Assembly (NCBI GenBank): GCA_963783305.1 | Contig: CAWAMW010000016.1 | Location: 672,001-736,000, forward strand | Length of the DNA: 64,000 nucleotides | Direction: 5' to 3' | Source: an uncultured Gemmatimonadales bacterium | Lineage (GTDB): Bacteria; Gemmatimonadota; Gemmatimonadetes; Longimicrobiales; RSA9 | Part shown: piece by piece, positions 28,692 through 40,234 of the stretch | How the letters are laid out: every line of letters starts with the position of its first letter | Numbering within the stretch: the stretch's first letter is position 1 | The notes under the pieces: model-generated | What the model saw: only the letters and a program-made list of their open reading frames with translations | Database searches by the model: none | Told to the model about the DNA's origin: nothing | Translations under genes and position numbers: made by a program

Positions 28692-30554
28692 GTGCGCGAT
28701 CCCCAGGCATTTCACCTGCATGCCAGACGGCGCCGAGCCCTCGGCGCATTGGGCGCGGTGTGCGTAATCCTCGCCGGGCTGAACTTCGCCTTTTTCCAGA
28801 CGCAGATCCTCCGCAACCCAGCGTATGCGTTGCAGTCGGACCGAAACCGCCTGCGGCCCCTGACGCTGCCGGCCCCCCGCGGGGTGATCCTGGATCGCGA
28901 AGGCCGGATCCTGGCGGACAATGTCCCTGGCTTCGTCCTCTCGCTGCTGCCGGCCCCTCCCGACTCGATCCGGAGCACGCTGGAGGGGCTCCGATCGTAC
29001 CTGGGACTCACGGACGCGCAGGTGGAGTCGCTGCTGGAGGGCCAGCGGCGGGCGCCGCAGCAGAAGCTGGTGGTCTCGACTGACCTTTCGTTCGACCGGA
29101 TCTCGGCCATCGAGGAGCGGCGCCCGCAGTTCGCGGCGGTGCTCATCGAGATGGAGCCGAAGCGGAACTACCCGGGCGGAGCGGCGGTCGCGCACCTGGT
29201 CGGGTACGTGGGCGAGATCAGCGAGCGGGAGCTGGAGGACACGGCGTTCGCGGGATACCGGCCGGGTCGCCTGGTGGGGCGGACCGGTGTGGAGCGACAG
29301 CGGGAGAAGGTGCTGGCTGGGGTGCCGGGGGTGCGGTACCTGGAGGTGGACGCTCTCGGCCGCATCGTGGGGGAGTTCCCCGGGCACGACGAGGTTCAGC
29401 CGATCTCCGGCGACTCGCTCCAGCTGACGATCGACCTGGGACTCCAGGAGTGGATCCACGGCATGCTCGCCGATACGGTTCGGGGGGCGGTGGTGGCGCT
29501 GGACCCCAGGACGGGCGAGGTGCTGGCGCACTATTCGGCGCCGACCTTCGATCCCAACGATCTGGTGGGGACCGTCAGCCGCGAGCGCTGGGCGGAGCTC
29601 CAGCAGGACACGGCCCGGCGACTCCTGGACCGCGCCCTGGCCGGCGCCTACCCACCGGGCTCGACGTGGAAGCTCGCCACGGCGGCCGTCGCGCTCGACC
29701 TGGGCATCGTGGAGCCCACCTCGACCCTCCCACTGGCGTGTCGGGGAGGGATGCGGTATGGCAACCGGTACTTCCAGTGCTGGCAGCGCGCCGGTCACGG
29801 CTATCTGGTCCTGGCCGACGCCATCAAGAACTCGTGCAACGTCTATTTCTATCAGTTGGGGCTCCAGATCGGACTGAAGCGCCTGCTCAAGGAGGGCGTC
29901 CGGCTCGGGTTCGACGGCCGGACCGGTGTGGACCTGCCGGGTGAGCGGGCGGGGCTCTTCCCGTCGGGCCCCGGGTGGTACGAGCGGCGTTTCGGCTGGA
30001 CGCCCACGGAGGCGGAGGTGCTGAGCCTCGCCATCGGTCAGGGCGCGAACGACCAGACCCCGCTGAAGATGGCCCAGTTCTTTGGCGCACTGGCCACAGA
30101 CGGGCGCATGCCCGCCCCGCGGGTGGTGCGTTCACCGAGACGTGGAGCCGGGGAGGTGCGCGGGCCGGCGCGGGAGATGGATCTGAGGGTGTCGCCGGAG
30201 AACCTGGAGCACCTCCGTGAGGGGCTCCGACGGGTTACGGCACCGGGCGGCACGGCGGCCGGCTCCGCCCTGGAGCACTGGGACTGGATCGGGAAGACAG
30301 GAACATCGCAGAATCCGCACGGCAAGGACCACGGCTGGTTCGTCGGAATCGGTGGTCCACGCGGCGGGGCGGCGGAGATCGTGGTCGCCGCCCTGATCGA
30401 GGGGGGCGAGCACGGCTCCGATGTTGCGCAGGTGGCGGCGAAGGTAGCGGACTACTACTTGCGAACACGACGCGGCATGCCGATCGACACCGTACAGACG
30501 CTGAGAGAGCACTGGCAGAAGGGGATCCCCGCACCCTGGGCGCAATGGGACTGA
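28692..30554 (+). CDS. mrdA: Penicillin-binding protein 2
   Basis: APRGVILDR; SxxK (GSTWK), SxN (SCN) and KTG motifs. Confidence 0.94.
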   Translation: MRDPQAFHLHARRRRALGALGAVCVILAGLNFAFFQTQILRNPAYALQSDRNRLRPLTLPAPRGVILDREGRILADNVPGFVLSLLPAPPDSIRSTLEGLRSYLGLTDAQVESLLEGQRRAPQQKLVVSTDLSFDRISAIEERRPQFAAVLIEMEPKRNYPGGAAVAHLVGYVGEISERELEDTAFAGYRPGRLVGRTGVERQREKVLAGVPGVRYLEVDALGRIVGEFPGHDEVQPISGDSLQLTIDLGLQEWIHGMLADTVRGAVVALDPRTGEVLAHYSAPTFDPNDLVGTVSRERWAELQQDTARRLLDRALAGAYPPGSTWKLATAAVALDLGIVEPTSTLPLACRGGMRYGNRYFQCWQRAGHGYLVLADAIKNSCNVYFYQLGLQIGLKRLLKEGVRLGFDGRTGVDLPGERAGLFPSGPGWYERRFGWTPTEAEVLSLAIGQGANDQTPLKMAQFFGALATDGRMPAPRVVRSPRRGAGEVRGPAREMDLRVSPENLEHLREGLRRVTAPGGTAAGSALEHWDWIGKTGTSQNPHGKDHGWFVGIGGPRGGAAEIVVAALIEGGEHGSDVAQVAAKVADYYLRTRRGMPIDTVQTLREHWQKGIPAPWAQWD

Positions 30555-31792
30555 GCGAGCGCATACGGGGGATCTTCGGGGATCCACTCCTGTTCATGGC
30601 GGTGCTGCTGCTGTCGCTGTTCGGCGTGGCCATGATCTACTCGGCCGGTCTTCTGGACGTGCCGAACGCCGCCTCCATGGGTGCATGGAAGCGTCAGCTG
30701 GTGTGGCTCGGTATCTCCATAACGGCGTTGATCGTGGTCATGCGGATCGGGGTCAAGTGGTTCGAGTGGGCGGCCGTTCCGCTCTACGGGCTCTCCCTTA
30801 TCCTGCTGGCCCTCACGCTCATCATCGGGTCGGGCGCCGGAACGGCCCAGGGCGTGAAGAGCTGGATCAGCCTGGGGCCGCTGTCGTTCCAGCCGTCGCA
30901 GCTGGCGAACGTGGCGACCATCCTGATGCTCGCGCGAGTCATGGGATCGCGGCGCGAGCCACCCCAGACGCTGGGCGATCTTTGGAAGCCCTTGATGATC
31001 GTGGGCATTCCGCTCGGACTGGTCCTCCTTCAGCCCGACCTCGGGACGGCCATGGTGTTCGGCGCCCTGCTGCTGGCTACCCTGTACTGGGCGGGCACGC
31101 CGGCGGGCATCCTGTTCATGCTCCTCAGCCCCATGGTGGCGCTGTTCCTCGCCTTCCACTCGTGGCTCTTCAGCCTCTACATGCTCGGGATCATCGTCTT
31201 CCTGTACTTTTACCGCGTGTACCTGTGGGAGGGTACGGTGGTGGCGATGGCGAATCTGGTGGCGGGGACGATCGCGGTGCCGCTCTGGGACTCCCTCAAG
31301 CCGTACCAGAAGGCGCGTTTCCAGGTGTTCCTCGACCCGATGGTGGATCCCCAGGGCGCGGGGTGGAACGTGATCCAGTCCCGCGTGGCGATCGGGAGCG
31401 GCGGACTGTTCGGGAAAGGGTTCACGCAGGGCACGCAGAAGCGCCTGGCCTTCCTGCCGGAACAGCACACGGACTTCATCTTCAGCGTGATCGGAGAGGA
31501 GACGGGGTTCATCGGCACCACCCTCGTGCTACTGGCCTTTGGGATCATCCTGTGGCGCCTGGTCAAGGTGGCAGAGCGCGTGGCCGACCCCTTTGCCGGG
31601 ATCGTGGTGTTCGGTATCTTCGGAGCCTGGTTCGCACACATTCTGGTTAATGTCGGGATGACCGTGGGCGTTATGCCGGTCACGGGCATCCCTTTGCCGT
31701 TCCTCAGCTACGGCGGCTCGTTCCTGCTGGCGACTTTCCTGGCGCTGGCGATCGTGCAGCGTATCGCAGCCGAGCAGGCAAGGAACTTCTAG
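30545..31792 (+). CDS. rodA: Rod shape-determining protein RodA (SEDS family)
   Basis: QPDLGT, FLPEQHTDFIF, GIPLPFLSYGGS. Confidence 0.95.
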   Translation: MGLSERIRGIFGDPLLFMAVLLLSLFGVAMIYSAGLLDVPNAASMGAWKRQLVWLGISITALIVVMRIGVKWFEWAAVPLYGLSLILLALTLIIGSGAGTAQGVKSWISLGPLSFQPSQLANVATILMLARVMGSRREPPQTLGDLWKPLMIVGIPLGLVLLQPDLGTAMVFGALLLATLYWAGTPAGILFMLLSPMVALFLAFHSWLFSLYMLGIIVFLYFYRVYLWEGTVVAMANLVAGTIAVPLWDSLKPYQKARFQVFLDPMVDPQGAGWNVIQSRVAIGSGGLFGKGFTQGTQKRLAFLPEQHTDFIFSVIGEETGFIGTTLVLLAFGIILWRLVKVAERVADPFAGIVVFGIFGAWFAHILVNVGMTVGVMPVTGIPLPFLSYGGSFLLATFLALAIVQRIAAEQARNF

Positions 31793-32662
31793 ATGGCCTG
31801 GTTCCGCAAGGAAAAGCAGAAGCTGACGTCGGCGGACAAGCGGGAGCTGCCGAGCGACGTCTTCGACAAGTGCCCGGAGTGCGGGGAGATTCTCTACCGT
31901 AACCGGCTCGTGCAGAACCTCTACGTGTGTCCGGCATGCGGGCACCACCTCCGGATCGATGCGGAGGACTACGTGGGGCTCCTGGTGGACGAAGGCGCCT
32001 TCACGGCGACGGATACGGAGATCCGGAGCGGGGATCCGCTCAAGTTCAGGGACCTGAAGGCGTACCCGGACCGCCTGAAGGCCGCGGAGCAGAAGACGGG
32101 TCGCGGGGACGCGGTAATCACGGGGTTCGGCCCAGTGGACGGCATCCCGGCGCATCTGGCGGTCATGGACTTCAGCTTCATCGGCGGCAGCATGGGATCG
32201 GTGGTCGGCGAGAAGATCGCCCGTGCGGCCGATCGCGCGCACGAAGCGAAGGAGCCGCTGGTGGTGGTCAGCGCCTCGGGCGGAGCGCGCATGATGGAAG
32301 GGATCCTATCCCTCATGCAGATGGCGAAGACGTCCGCCGCGCTGGCGCGGCTGCACGAGGACGGCATCCCGTACATCTCCATTCTCACCGACCCCACCAC
32401 CGGCGGCGTGACCGCGTCGTACGCGATGCTGGGCGATGTGATCCTGGCGGAGCCGGGTGCGCTGATCGGGTTCGCCGGCCCGCGTGTGATCGAGCAGACG
32501 ATCAAGCAGGAGCTGCCGGAGGGGTTCCAGCGGTCGGAGTTCCTGCTGGAGCACGGGATGGTAGACGCCATTGTGGACCGCAGGGCGATGAAGAGCCGCG
32601 TTGCGGGGTTCCTGAGGCACATGCTCGGCCTGCCGCCCACGGAGGCGCCGGAGCAGGAGTGA
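31793..32662 (+). CDS. accD: Acetyl-CoA carboxylase carboxyltransferase beta subunit
   Basis: CxxC...CxxC zinc finger; [20 protein letters not shown]. Confidence 0.96.
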   Translation: MAWFRKEKQKLTSADKRELPSDVFDKCPECGEILYRNRLVQNLYVCPACGHHLRIDAEDYVGLLVDEGAFTATDTEIRSGDPLKFRDLKAYPDRLKAAEQKTGRGDAVITGFGPVDGIPAHLAVMDFSFIGGSMGSVVGEKIARAADRAHEAKEPLVVVSASGGARMMEGILSLMQMAKTSAALARLHEDGIPYISILTDPTTGGVTASYAMLGDVILAEPGALIGFAGPRVIEQTIKQELPEGFQRSEFLLEHGMVDAIVDRRAMKSRVAGFLRHMLGLPPTEAPEQE

Positions 32663-33972
32663 CCGAGCTCTCATACGGCGTTCTGCTCGACCGGCTCTTC
32701 CCCCGGCTGACGGGCGGGATCCGGTGGGGACTCGAGCGCACGAGCAAGCTCCTGGCCGGCGTGGACGACCCGCACCGCGCCTATCCATCCATCCACATAG
32801 GTGGCACCAACGGCAAGGGCTCCGTGGCGGCGATCGCGGAGTCGGTGCTCCGCCACGATGGTCAGCGGACCGGCCTCTACACCTCGCCGCACCTGGTGGA
32901 CTTCCGGGAGCGGATCCAGGTGGATGGGCGCCCGATCTCCGAAGCCGAGCTGCTGTCGGCCGCCCGTGCGCTGTGGCCGCGGATCGAGGAGGAGGCGCCC
33001 TCGTTCTTCGAGGCCGCTACGGTGATCGCGTTCCTGGCGCTGCGCCGTGCCGACATCGATGTGGCCGTGGTGGAGGTGGGGATGGGCGGTCGGCTGGACT
33101 CGACCAACGTGGTCACGCCGGAGGTGAGCGTCATCACCAACGTGGCCCTGGACCACGCCGAGTACCTGGGCTCGGACCTCGCCACGATCGCCGGGGAGAA
33201 GGCCGGGATCATCAAGACCGGCGTCCCGGTGGTGACGGCGGAGTCGGACCCCGCGGTGCTGGCCGTGCTGAAGCGGGCGGCCCGGGAGCGTGGGGCACCG
33301 CTGCACGTGGTACCGGCGCCGCCCGCGGAGCTGGCGATCCGGGGCACGACAGTGATGCTGGAAACCGTGTGGGGGGAGCTGTCGCTTCGGGTCCCACTGG
33401 CGGGGGCTCATCAGGCCCTGAACCTGGCAGTGGCCGTGCGGGCGCTGGAGCTCCTGCCCGTGGAGCGGCGGCCGTCGAAGGAGGCGCTGGTGCGGGGCAC
33501 CGCGGCCACGTGGTGGCCGGGCCGTGTCCAGATCGAGGAGCGTGACGACGTGAGCTGGATCTTCGATGTGGCCCACAACGCGGCCGGTGTGGAGTCATTG
33601 CGCGCCTCGATCGCGGCGCTCCGACCGCGCCGCCCGCTGGTGGCGGTAATCGGGGTCCTGGGTGACAAGGACTGGGATCGCATGCTCCCTCCGCTCTTCG
33701 ATCTGGTGGATCAGGCGATCCTCGTGGAGCCCCCGTCGGCGCCCGCCGGCCGACGCTGGAGCCCGGACGACGTGCTGGCTCGCCTCGGGTCGCCGGTCGG
33801 CGTGCGGGTCGTGCGGCCGTTCGCCGCCGCGCTGGCGGAGGCCGCGGCCGACGCCCGTGGTGGCACCGTCCTCTGCACGGGGTCCGTCCACACCGTAGGA
33901 GACGCCATGCTCGCGCTGGGCATCCCACCGTTCCCCGAGCCGGGGTTGCAGGCGTCCGGTGCGCATGGGTAG
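32659..33972 (+). CDS. folC: Folylpolyglutamate/dihydrofolate synthase
   Basis: [32 protein letters not shown]. Confidence 0.94.
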   Translation: MTELSYGVLLDRLFPRLTGGIRWGLERTSKLLAGVDDPHRAYPSIHIGGTNGKGSVAAIAESVLRHDGQRTGLYTSPHLVDFRERIQVDGRPISEAELLSAARALWPRIEEEAPSFFEAATVIAFLALRRADIDVAVVEVGMGGRLDSTNVVTPEVSVITNVALDHAEYLGSDLATIAGEKAGIIKTGVPVVTAESDPAVLAVLKRAARERGAPLHVVPAPPAELAIRGTTVMLETVWGELSLRVPLAGAHQALNLAVAVRALELLPVERRPSKEALVRGTAATWWPGRVQIEERDDVSWIFDVAHNAAGVESLRASIAALRPRRPLVAVIGVLGDKDWDRMLPPLFDLVDQAILVEPPSAPAGRRWSPDDVLARLGSPVGVRVVRPFAAALAEAAADARGGTVLCTGSVHTVGDAMLALGIPPFPEPGLQASGAHG

Positions 33973-33981
33973 TATCGGCCG

Positions 33982-35256
33982 ATGAGCTTCCAGAGCCTGC
34001 CCGGTTTCCGAGACTTCTTCCCGGCCGACTTCGCGGTCCGCCACCACATCATCACGTCGTGGCGCCAGACTGCGTTGCGCTACGGGTTCGAAGAATATGA
34101 CGGCCCTCCGCTCGAGCCGCTGGACCTGTACGTGGAGAAGAGTGGGGAGGAGATCGTGGGCCAGCTGTACAACTTCGTTGACAAGGGCGAGCGCGCGGTC
34201 GCGCTCCGTCCCGAGATGACTCCGACCCTGGCGCGGATGGTGGGAGAGCGCGGGCGCTCCATGCCGAAGCCGATCCGCTGGTTCAGCGTTCCTCAGCTCT
34301 ACCGGTACGAGCGGACGCAGCGTGGGCGCCTGCGTGAGCATTTCCAGTGGAACGTGGATGTGATCGGCGAGGACGATGTAGCGGCGGACGCGGAGGTGCT
34401 GTCGGTGGCGCTGGCGGGGCTGACCGCGCTGGGGCTCTCGGCCGAGGACGTCGTCGCCCGGGTAAGCGATCGTCGGCTGCTGGAGGCGTTGCTCCTGGAG
34501 GAGGGCGTGACGCGGGAAGGTCTGGGCGGGGCCTACGCGGCGATCGACAAGATGAGCCGGGAAGAGCCGGAGCAGACACGCCGCCGCCTGGGTGAGGATG
34601 CGGGACTCGGGCCGGACGTGGTGGACGGCGTCATGGAACTGTTCGAAGAGCCGGATCTGGACGGGCTGGCGCGCCGGTACCAGGGCAGCGAGCCGGTTCT
34701 CGCCGCCGTGGAGAGGATGCAGGGCTATCTCGCCACTCTCGATCAGATGGGGTGGGGAGGGCACGTGCGGTTCGACCCGCGGATCGTTCGCGGCCTCGCC
34801 TACTACACTGGCATCGTCTTCGAGATCTTTGATCGGAAGGGCGAGCTGCGGGCGGTCTGCGGCGGTGGCCGGTACGACGACCTGCTGGCGGCCGTGAGCG
34901 ATCTGGAGCTCTCCGCCGTGGGGTTCGGCATGGGCGATGTGGTGCTGGGGGAGCTGCTGAAGGAGCGGGGGCTCCTGCCCGAGGCGGCGCCGGGGCCGGA
35001 ATACTACATCGTGACCATCACGGAAGATGAGCGCCCGACGCTGCGCCAGGTGGCGCGCCGGCTCCGCGACGCCGGGCACTCCGTGGCGTACACCCTGCGG
35101 CAGGTGAGCGTGGGCAAGCAATTCAAGGACGCGAACTCCCGCAACGCCCGCCGGACGGTTGTGCTGGGCCCGGACGAGGTCGGGCGAGGAGTGGCCGTGG
35201 TCCGGTCGATGGGCAGTGGCGAGGAGCGGGAGGTCGCCCTGGACGAGCTGGGATGA
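33982..35256 (+). CDS. hisS: Histidine--tRNA ligase
   Basis: LRPEMTP, RYERTQRGRLREH, RGLAYYTG, GGGRYD. Confidence 0.96.
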   Translation: MSFQSLPGFRDFFPADFAVRHHIITSWRQTALRYGFEEYDGPPLEPLDLYVEKSGEEIVGQLYNFVDKGERAVALRPEMTPTLARMVGERGRSMPKPIRWFSVPQLYRYERTQRGRLREHFQWNVDVIGEDDVAADAEVLSVALAGLTALGLSAEDVVARVSDRRLLEALLLEEGVTREGLGGAYAAIDKMSREEPEQTRRRLGEDAGLGPDVVDGVMELFEEPDLDGLARRYQGSEPVLAAVERMQGYLATLDQMGWGGHVRFDPRIVRGLAYYTGIVFEIFDRKGELRAVCGGGRYDDLLAAVSDLELSAVGFGMGDVVLGELLKERGLLPEAAPGPEYYIVTITEDERPTLRQVARRLRDAGHSVAYTLRQVSVGKQFKDANSRNARRTVVLGPDEVGRGVAVVRSMGSGEEREVALDELG

Positions 35257-35525
35257 ACCGCCCGGACGACCTGGACCGGGAGCGGCGCAGGATCGTCCGC
35301 AAGATCAGTCTCATCAGCTGGGGTCTGGCCGCCGCCGCCGTGGTGATGGCCGTGCTGGGAGGCGCGCTGCTGGCGTGGGTCTTCATCGGCGCCGGGTTCC
35401 CGTTCCTCCGGACGTGGCTGATCGTGAGCGTGCTGCTGCTGGCGATCCCGCTGGCCGCGCACCTCGCGCCCCGACCCGGGGGGCGCAACGGACCCGGCAG
35501 CACGGATGGCAGCGAGGGACCGTAA
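35253..35525 (+). CDS. Small membrane protein (2 TM)
   Basis: ATGA overlap with hisS; two hydrophobic segments. Confidence 0.6.
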   Translation: MNRPDDLDRERRRIVRKISLISWGLAAAAVVMAVLGGALLAWVFIGAGFPFLRTWLIVSVLLLAIPLAAHLAPRPGGRNGPGSTDGSEGP

Positions 35526-35559
35526 GCGAGCGAGTGAGCGACAACCACCAAGGACGGAC

Positions 35560-37059
35560 ATGGCTGATGACAGGGCGCTGACACCACGCGCCGAAGATTT
35601 TTCGAGCTGGTACAACGAGGTCGTGGCGCGGGCGGAGATGGCGGAGCATTCGCCCACCCGGGGGAGCATGATCATCCGGCCCTGGGGCTACGCGCTGTGG
35701 GAGAACATGCAGCGGGCGCTGGACGACAAGTTCAAGGCGACCGGTCACCAGAACGCGTACTTCCCGCTCCTCATCCCGCTCAGCTTCATCACGCGCGAGG
35801 CCGAGCACGTGGAGGGGTTCGCGAAGGAGATGGCGCTGGTGACCCACACGCGCCTCATCGCGGACAGCGAAGGCGAGCTGGTGCCGGACCCGGCGTCGAA
35901 GCTGGAAGAGCCGTTCGTGATCCGCCCGACGTCCGAGACCATCATCTACGACGCGTACAGCCGCTGGGTCCAGAGCTACCGCGACCTGCCCATCCTGATC
36001 AACCAGTGGGCGAACGTCATGCGGTGGGAGATGCGGACGCGGCTCTTCCTGAGGACGTCGGAGTTCCTCTGGCAGGAAGGGCACACGGCGCACGCCACGC
36101 AGGAGGAGGCGGAGGAAGAGGCGCTGACCATCCTGGAGGTCTACCGGGCGTTCATGGAGGAATGGATGGCGATGCCGGTGATCACGGGACGGAAGAGCGA
36201 GTCGGAGAAGTTCCCGGGCGCCGACCACACGTACGCGCTGGAAGCGCTGATGCAGGACAACAAGGCGCTGCAGGCGGGTACGTCCCACAACCTGGGGCAG
36301 AACTTCGCGAAGCAGTTCGACCTGAAGTACCAGGCGGAGCACGGCGACTGGGAGTTCGCCTGGAACACCTCTTGGGGAGTGAGCACGCGCCTCATCGGCG
36401 GATTGATCATGACCCACGGGGACGACAACGGCGTGGTAATGCCGCCGAGGCTGGCGCCGACCCAGGTCGTGATCACGCCCATCTGGAAGAACGAAGAGCA
36501 GAAGGTGGAAGTGCTGGCGATGGCGAAGACCGTGGCGGAGCGGCTCCGCGCCGTGGACGTCCGGGTGCACATCGATCAGCGGGACAACATGTCGCCGGGA
36601 GCGAAGTTCTGGGAGTGGGAGCGGAAGGGCGTCCCGGTGCGGGTGGAGATCGGGCCGCGCGACGTGAAGAAGGGCCAGGTGGTGGTGGCGAAGCGTCTGG
36701 TCCCCGAAGGGGAGGACCGCAAGGAGTTCCTGACGGAGGACGACGCGGTGCGCACGATCCCCGAGCGGCTGGAATCGATCCAGCGCGGGCTGCTGGAGGC
36801 GGCGCGGAAGCGCATGGCGGGGAATTCGCACCGGGTGGATGACTACGCGGTGTTCAGGCGGCGGGTCGACGAGGAGGGCGGCTTCTTCTTCGCCGGCTGG
36901 TGCGGGAGCCGCGAGTGCGAGGAGCGGGTGAAGGAGGAGACGAAGGCGACGATCCGGGTGCTGCCGGGGGAGCGGCACAGGTCGACGGAGGCGCCGGAGC
37001 GCTGTCTTGTATGCGATGGCGTGTCCAGGCACGAGGCCGTATGGGCCCGGGCGTACTAG
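35560..37059 (+). CDS. proS: Proline--tRNA ligase (archaeal/eukaryotic-like type, no INS domain)
   Basis: DFSSWY, IRPTSET, FLWQEGHT, QAGTSHNLGQNF; C-terminal Cys cluster ending in ARAY. Confidence 0.95.
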   Translation: MADDRALTPRAEDFSSWYNEVVARAEMAEHSPTRGSMIIRPWGYALWENMQRALDDKFKATGHQNAYFPLLIPLSFITREAEHVEGFAKEMALVTHTRLIADSEGELVPDPASKLEEPFVIRPTSETIIYDAYSRWVQSYRDLPILINQWANVMRWEMRTRLFLRTSEFLWQEGHTAHATQEEAEEEALTILEVYRAFMEEWMAMPVITGRKSESEKFPGADHTYALEALMQDNKALQAGTSHNLGQNFAKQFDLKYQAEHGDWEFAWNTSWGVSTRLIGGLIMTHGDDNGVVMPPRLAPTQVVITPIWKNEEQKVEVLAMAKTVAERLRAVDVRVHIDQRDNMSPGAKFWEWERKGVPVRVEIGPRDVKKGQVVVAKRLVPEGEDRKEFLTEDDAVRTIPERLESIQRGLLEAARKRMAGNSHRVDDYAVFRRRVDEEGGFFFAGWCGSRECEERVKEETKATIRVLPGERHRSTEAPERCLVCDGVSRHEAVWARAY

Positions 37060-37062
37060 CCC

Positions 37063-38322
37063 ATGCCGGGGAACTTCGTCTTCCGTGAGGGCGCGCTGCA
37101 CTGCGAGGGAGTGCCCGTCCAGGCGCTCGTGGAGGAGCACGATTCGCCGCTCTATGTATACAGCCGGCGCAGCATCCTGGACCGTGTGGAAGAGCTGCGC
37201 ACGGCGTTCGCCGCCGTCGACCCGCTGATCGCATACAGCGTGAAGGCGAACAGCAACGTTTCGATACTCCGGCTGCTGGCCACCGCCGGCTGCGGCGCCG
37301 ATATCGTGAGCGGTGGTGAGCTGCATCGGGCGCTCCTGGCGGGTGTGGACGCCGATCGGATCGTCTTCAGCGGGGTCGGGAAGTCCGCGAGCGAGCTCAC
37401 CGACGCGCTGGAGGCGGGGATCCGCTGCTTCAACGTGGAGAGCGAGGGAGAGCTGAGGGCGCTGGACGGGGTGGCCCGTGGCCTGGGTCGCGTGGCGCCC
37501 GTGTCGCTTCGGATCAACCCCGACATCGAGTCGCCCACGCCGCACGCGTACACCCGGACCGGTCACCGGGCGACGAAGTTCGGGATCCCGAGTGAGGACG
37601 CGCTTCGGCTGTATCGTCTCGCGGCGGAGCTGCCGGGGACGGAGCCGGTGGGGATCGATGCGCACATCGGGAGCCAGATCGTGGAGCCGGAGCCGTATCG
37701 GCAGTCGGTGCTGCACCTGCTCGACCTGGTGGAAGAGTTGCGCACCGATGGCATTGCGCTCCGGTCGCTGGACCTGGGCGGCGGGTTCGGCCTGGGCTAC
37801 GCGGAGGAGGGAGACCCGGACCCGCGGGTGTTCGCCGATGCGATCGCGCCGCACCTGGCCACGAGTGGGCTGCAGCTGGTACTGGAGCCCGGTCGCTTTC
37901 TCGTGGGCCATTCCGGCGTGCTGCTGGCCCGGGTGCTGTACGTGAAGGAGATGGGGCCGAAGACGTTCGTGATCACGGATGCGGGCATGAACGACCTTCT
38001 CCGTCCGAGCCATTACGCGAGCTATCACCGGGTGTCGGAGACGCAGCGGCCGGCGGCGGGCGAGCCGCGGCAGGTGGACCTTGTGGGGCCGATCTGCGAG
38101 TCGGGCGACTTCCTGGCCCTGGACCGTGAGATGCCGCTGCCCGAGCCGGGCGACGTGCTGGCGATCCACACGGTGGGGGCGTACGGCTTTTCCATGGCTT
38201 CCTCGTACAACTCGAGGCGCCGACCGGCTGAGGTGCTGGTGGAGGGTGAGCGAGGCCGCCTGATCCGACGCAGAGAAACGTATCAAGACCTCGTCCGCGG
38301 GGAGGAAGAGCTGCTCGAATGA
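37063..38322 (+). CDS. lysA: Diaminopimelate decarboxylase
   Basis: [23 protein letters not shown]. Confidence 0.95.
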   Translation: MPGNFVFREGALHCEGVPVQALVEEHDSPLYVYSRRSILDRVEELRTAFAAVDPLIAYSVKANSNVSILRLLATAGCGADIVSGGELHRALLAGVDADRIVFSGVGKSASELTDALEAGIRCFNVESEGELRALDGVARGLGRVAPVSLRINPDIESPTPHAYTRTGHRATKFGIPSEDALRLYRLAAELPGTEPVGIDAHIGSQIVEPEPYRQSVLHLLDLVEELRTDGIALRSLDLGGGFGLGYAEEGDPDPRVFADAIAPHLATSGLQLVLEPGRFLVGHSGVLLARVLYVKEMGPKTFVITDAGMNDLLRPSHYASYHRVSETQRPAAGEPRQVDLVGPICESGDFLALDREMPLPEPGDVLAIHTVGAYGFSMASSYNSRRRPAEVLVEGERGRLIRRRETYQDLVRGEEELLE

Positions 38323-39869
38323 CCGGTGGAGAAAACCGCGTACTGATCCTGGATTACGGCTCGCAGTTCACACAGCTCATTGCGCGGCGGATCCGTGAGG
38401 AGCGGGTGTACTGTGAGATCCACCCGCCCACGCTGTCCATGGACGAGGTGCGGGAGTGGGCGCCGAAGGGGATCATCCTCTCCGGCGGTCCGGCTTCCGT
38501 GTACGACCAGGACGTACCCGGGTTGGACCCGTCCCTCCTCGAGCTCGATGTGCCGATCTTCGGCATCTGCTACGGCATGCAGCTCCTGGCGCACGCCGGG
38601 GGAGGCGCGGTGGAGTCGGGGAAGCGCGAGTACGGCCGCGCCACGATGAAGGTGCTGGAGTCGGACCGGCTCTTCGCCGGATTCGAGGAGGGGGAGGGGA
38701 TCACCGTCTGGATGAGCCACGGCGACCATGTCAACGCGCCGCCCGCGGGTTATCGGGCCATTGGCACCACCGAGTCGCTGCCGGTTGCGGCGTTCCGTGC
38801 GGAGGACCGACCGGTGTACGGCGTCCAGTTCCACCCGGAGGTGGCGCACACGCCGCGAGGCGACGAGATCCTGTCGAACTTCCTGTTCGAGATCTGCGGC
38901 TGCGAGCCCACATGGACCCCCGGCTCCTTCATCGAGCAGCACGTGGAACGGATCCGCGAGCAGGTGGGTGGGGCCGAGGTGATCGTGGGGCTCTCCGGCG
39001 GCGTGGACTCGTCCGTGGCCGCAGCGCTGGTCCACAAGGCGATCGGTGACCAGCTGACGGCGATCTTCGTGGACAACGGGCTGCTCCGGAAGGCAGAGCG
39101 GGAGTATGTGGAGCGGACGTTCCGAAAGCATATGGGGATGCGGCTGGAGGTGGTGGACGCGTCCGCCGACTTCCTCGCCGACCTGCAGGGGGTGATCGAT
39201 CCGGAGCAGAAGCGGAAGGCCATTGGCCAGCGCTTCATCCGGGTGTTCGAGAAGGCGGCGGAGGAGCTGGGTGGTGGGGCGCGGTTCCTGGTCCAGGGAA
39301 CGCTGTACCCGGACGTCATCGAGTCACAGTCGGTGCGCGGCCCTTCGGCGGTGATCAAGACGCACCACAATGTGGGCGGCCTGCCGGAGGACATGGAGTT
39401 CGAGCTGATCGAGCCGCTGCGGGAGCTCTTCAAGGACGAGGTCCGGAACGTGGGTCGGGAGCTTGGGCTGCCTGAGGAGCTGGTGGGACGGCATCCGTTC
39501 CCGGGGCCGGGACTGGCCGTGCGGGTACTGGGCGAGATCACGGAGGAGCGGCTGGCCGTGCTGCGGGAGGCGGACGCCATCTACATGGAGGAGATCCGCG
39601 CGGCGGACCTCTATGACGATATCTGGCAGGCGTTCGCGGTGCTGCTGCCGGTCCGGAGCGTGGGGGTGATGGGGGACTTCCGGACCTATGACAACGTGGT
39701 GGCGCTCCGTGCAGTCACCAGTCGCGACGGGATGACGGCCGACTGGTTCCCGTTCCCACCGGACGTGCTGGCCCGGATGTCCAACCGGATCATCAACGAG
39801 GTGGCCGGGGTGAACCGCGTCACCTACGACATCAGCTCGAAGCCGCCAGCGACGATCGAATGGGAATGA
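38319..39869 (+). CDS. guaA: GMP synthase (glutamine-hydrolysing)
   Basis: [34 protein letters not shown]. Confidence 0.98.
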   Translation: MTGGENRVLILDYGSQFTQLIARRIREERVYCEIHPPTLSMDEVREWAPKGIILSGGPASVYDQDVPGLDPSLLELDVPIFGICYGMQLLAHAGGGAVESGKREYGRATMKVLESDRLFAGFEEGEGITVWMSHGDHVNAPPAGYRAIGTTESLPVAAFRAEDRPVYGVQFHPEVAHTPRGDEILSNFLFEICGCEPTWTPGSFIEQHVERIREQVGGAEVIVGLSGGVDSSVAAALVHKAIGDQLTAIFVDNGLLRKAEREYVERTFRKHMGMRLEVVDASADFLADLQGVIDPEQKRKAIGQRFIRVFEKAAEELGGGARFLVQGTLYPDVIESQSVRGPSAVIKTHHNVGGLPEDMEFELIEPLRELFKDEVRNVGRELGLPEELVGRHPFPGPGLAVRVLGEITEERLAVLREADAIYMEEIRAADLYDDIWQAFAVLLPVRSVGVMGDFRTYDNVVALRAVTSRDGMTADWFPFPPDVLARMSNRIINEVAGVNRVTYDISSKPPATIEWE

Positions 39870-39905
39870 CCGCGCGTGGGTGGTGCCCGGCCGCACCACG
39901 GGGGG

Positions 39906-40103
39906 CTACTCCTGGCCGGAGACGCCCTCCGACGTGAGCCTGCGCAGGTAGATGCCCGCGTAGTTCTCGTCGATAGCCGCCAGGCGGTTTTCGGGGGTCG
40001 GCGGGTAGGCGCGTCCACAGCGCTCGCAGGCGATCCGCCGGTCCTCCCCCTGACCGACCAGCCTCCAGTTTCCGGTGCACTGCCCCTTTTCGTGGTTCAG
40101 CAC
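39906..40103 (-). CDS. Small hypothetical protein, possible zinc ribbon
   Basis: 65 aa; H-x4-C-x16-C-x2-C; AAGGGA upstream of the GTG start. Confidence 0.55.
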   Translation of the reverse strand: MLNHEKGQCTGNWRLVGQGEDRRIACERCGRAYPPTPENRLAAIDENYAGIYLRRLTSEGVSGQE

Positions 40104-40170
40104 GGACTATCCCTTCAGTAGCAGCAGCTCTCGTCCCGCGACGTGCTGTCATCGCGGTGCGGAGAACCAG

Positions 40171-40186
40171 TGCAACCTCCGTTCCC
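40171..40186 (-). promoter_or_regulatory. sigma54-like -24/-12 element
   Basis: Minus strand reads GGGAACGGAGGTTGCA, about 70 nt upstream of the small ORF. Confidence 0.5.
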
Positions 40187-40234
40187 CGCCTCTGGATCAC
40201 CGGAAGGAACGCTGAGGGTACCGGCGAAAGGAAA

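Noticed and set aside
35560..37059. Archaeal/eukaryotic-type ProRS as a recent horizontal transfer
   Set aside because: This type is widespread in bacteria, and the gene's composition and context look native.
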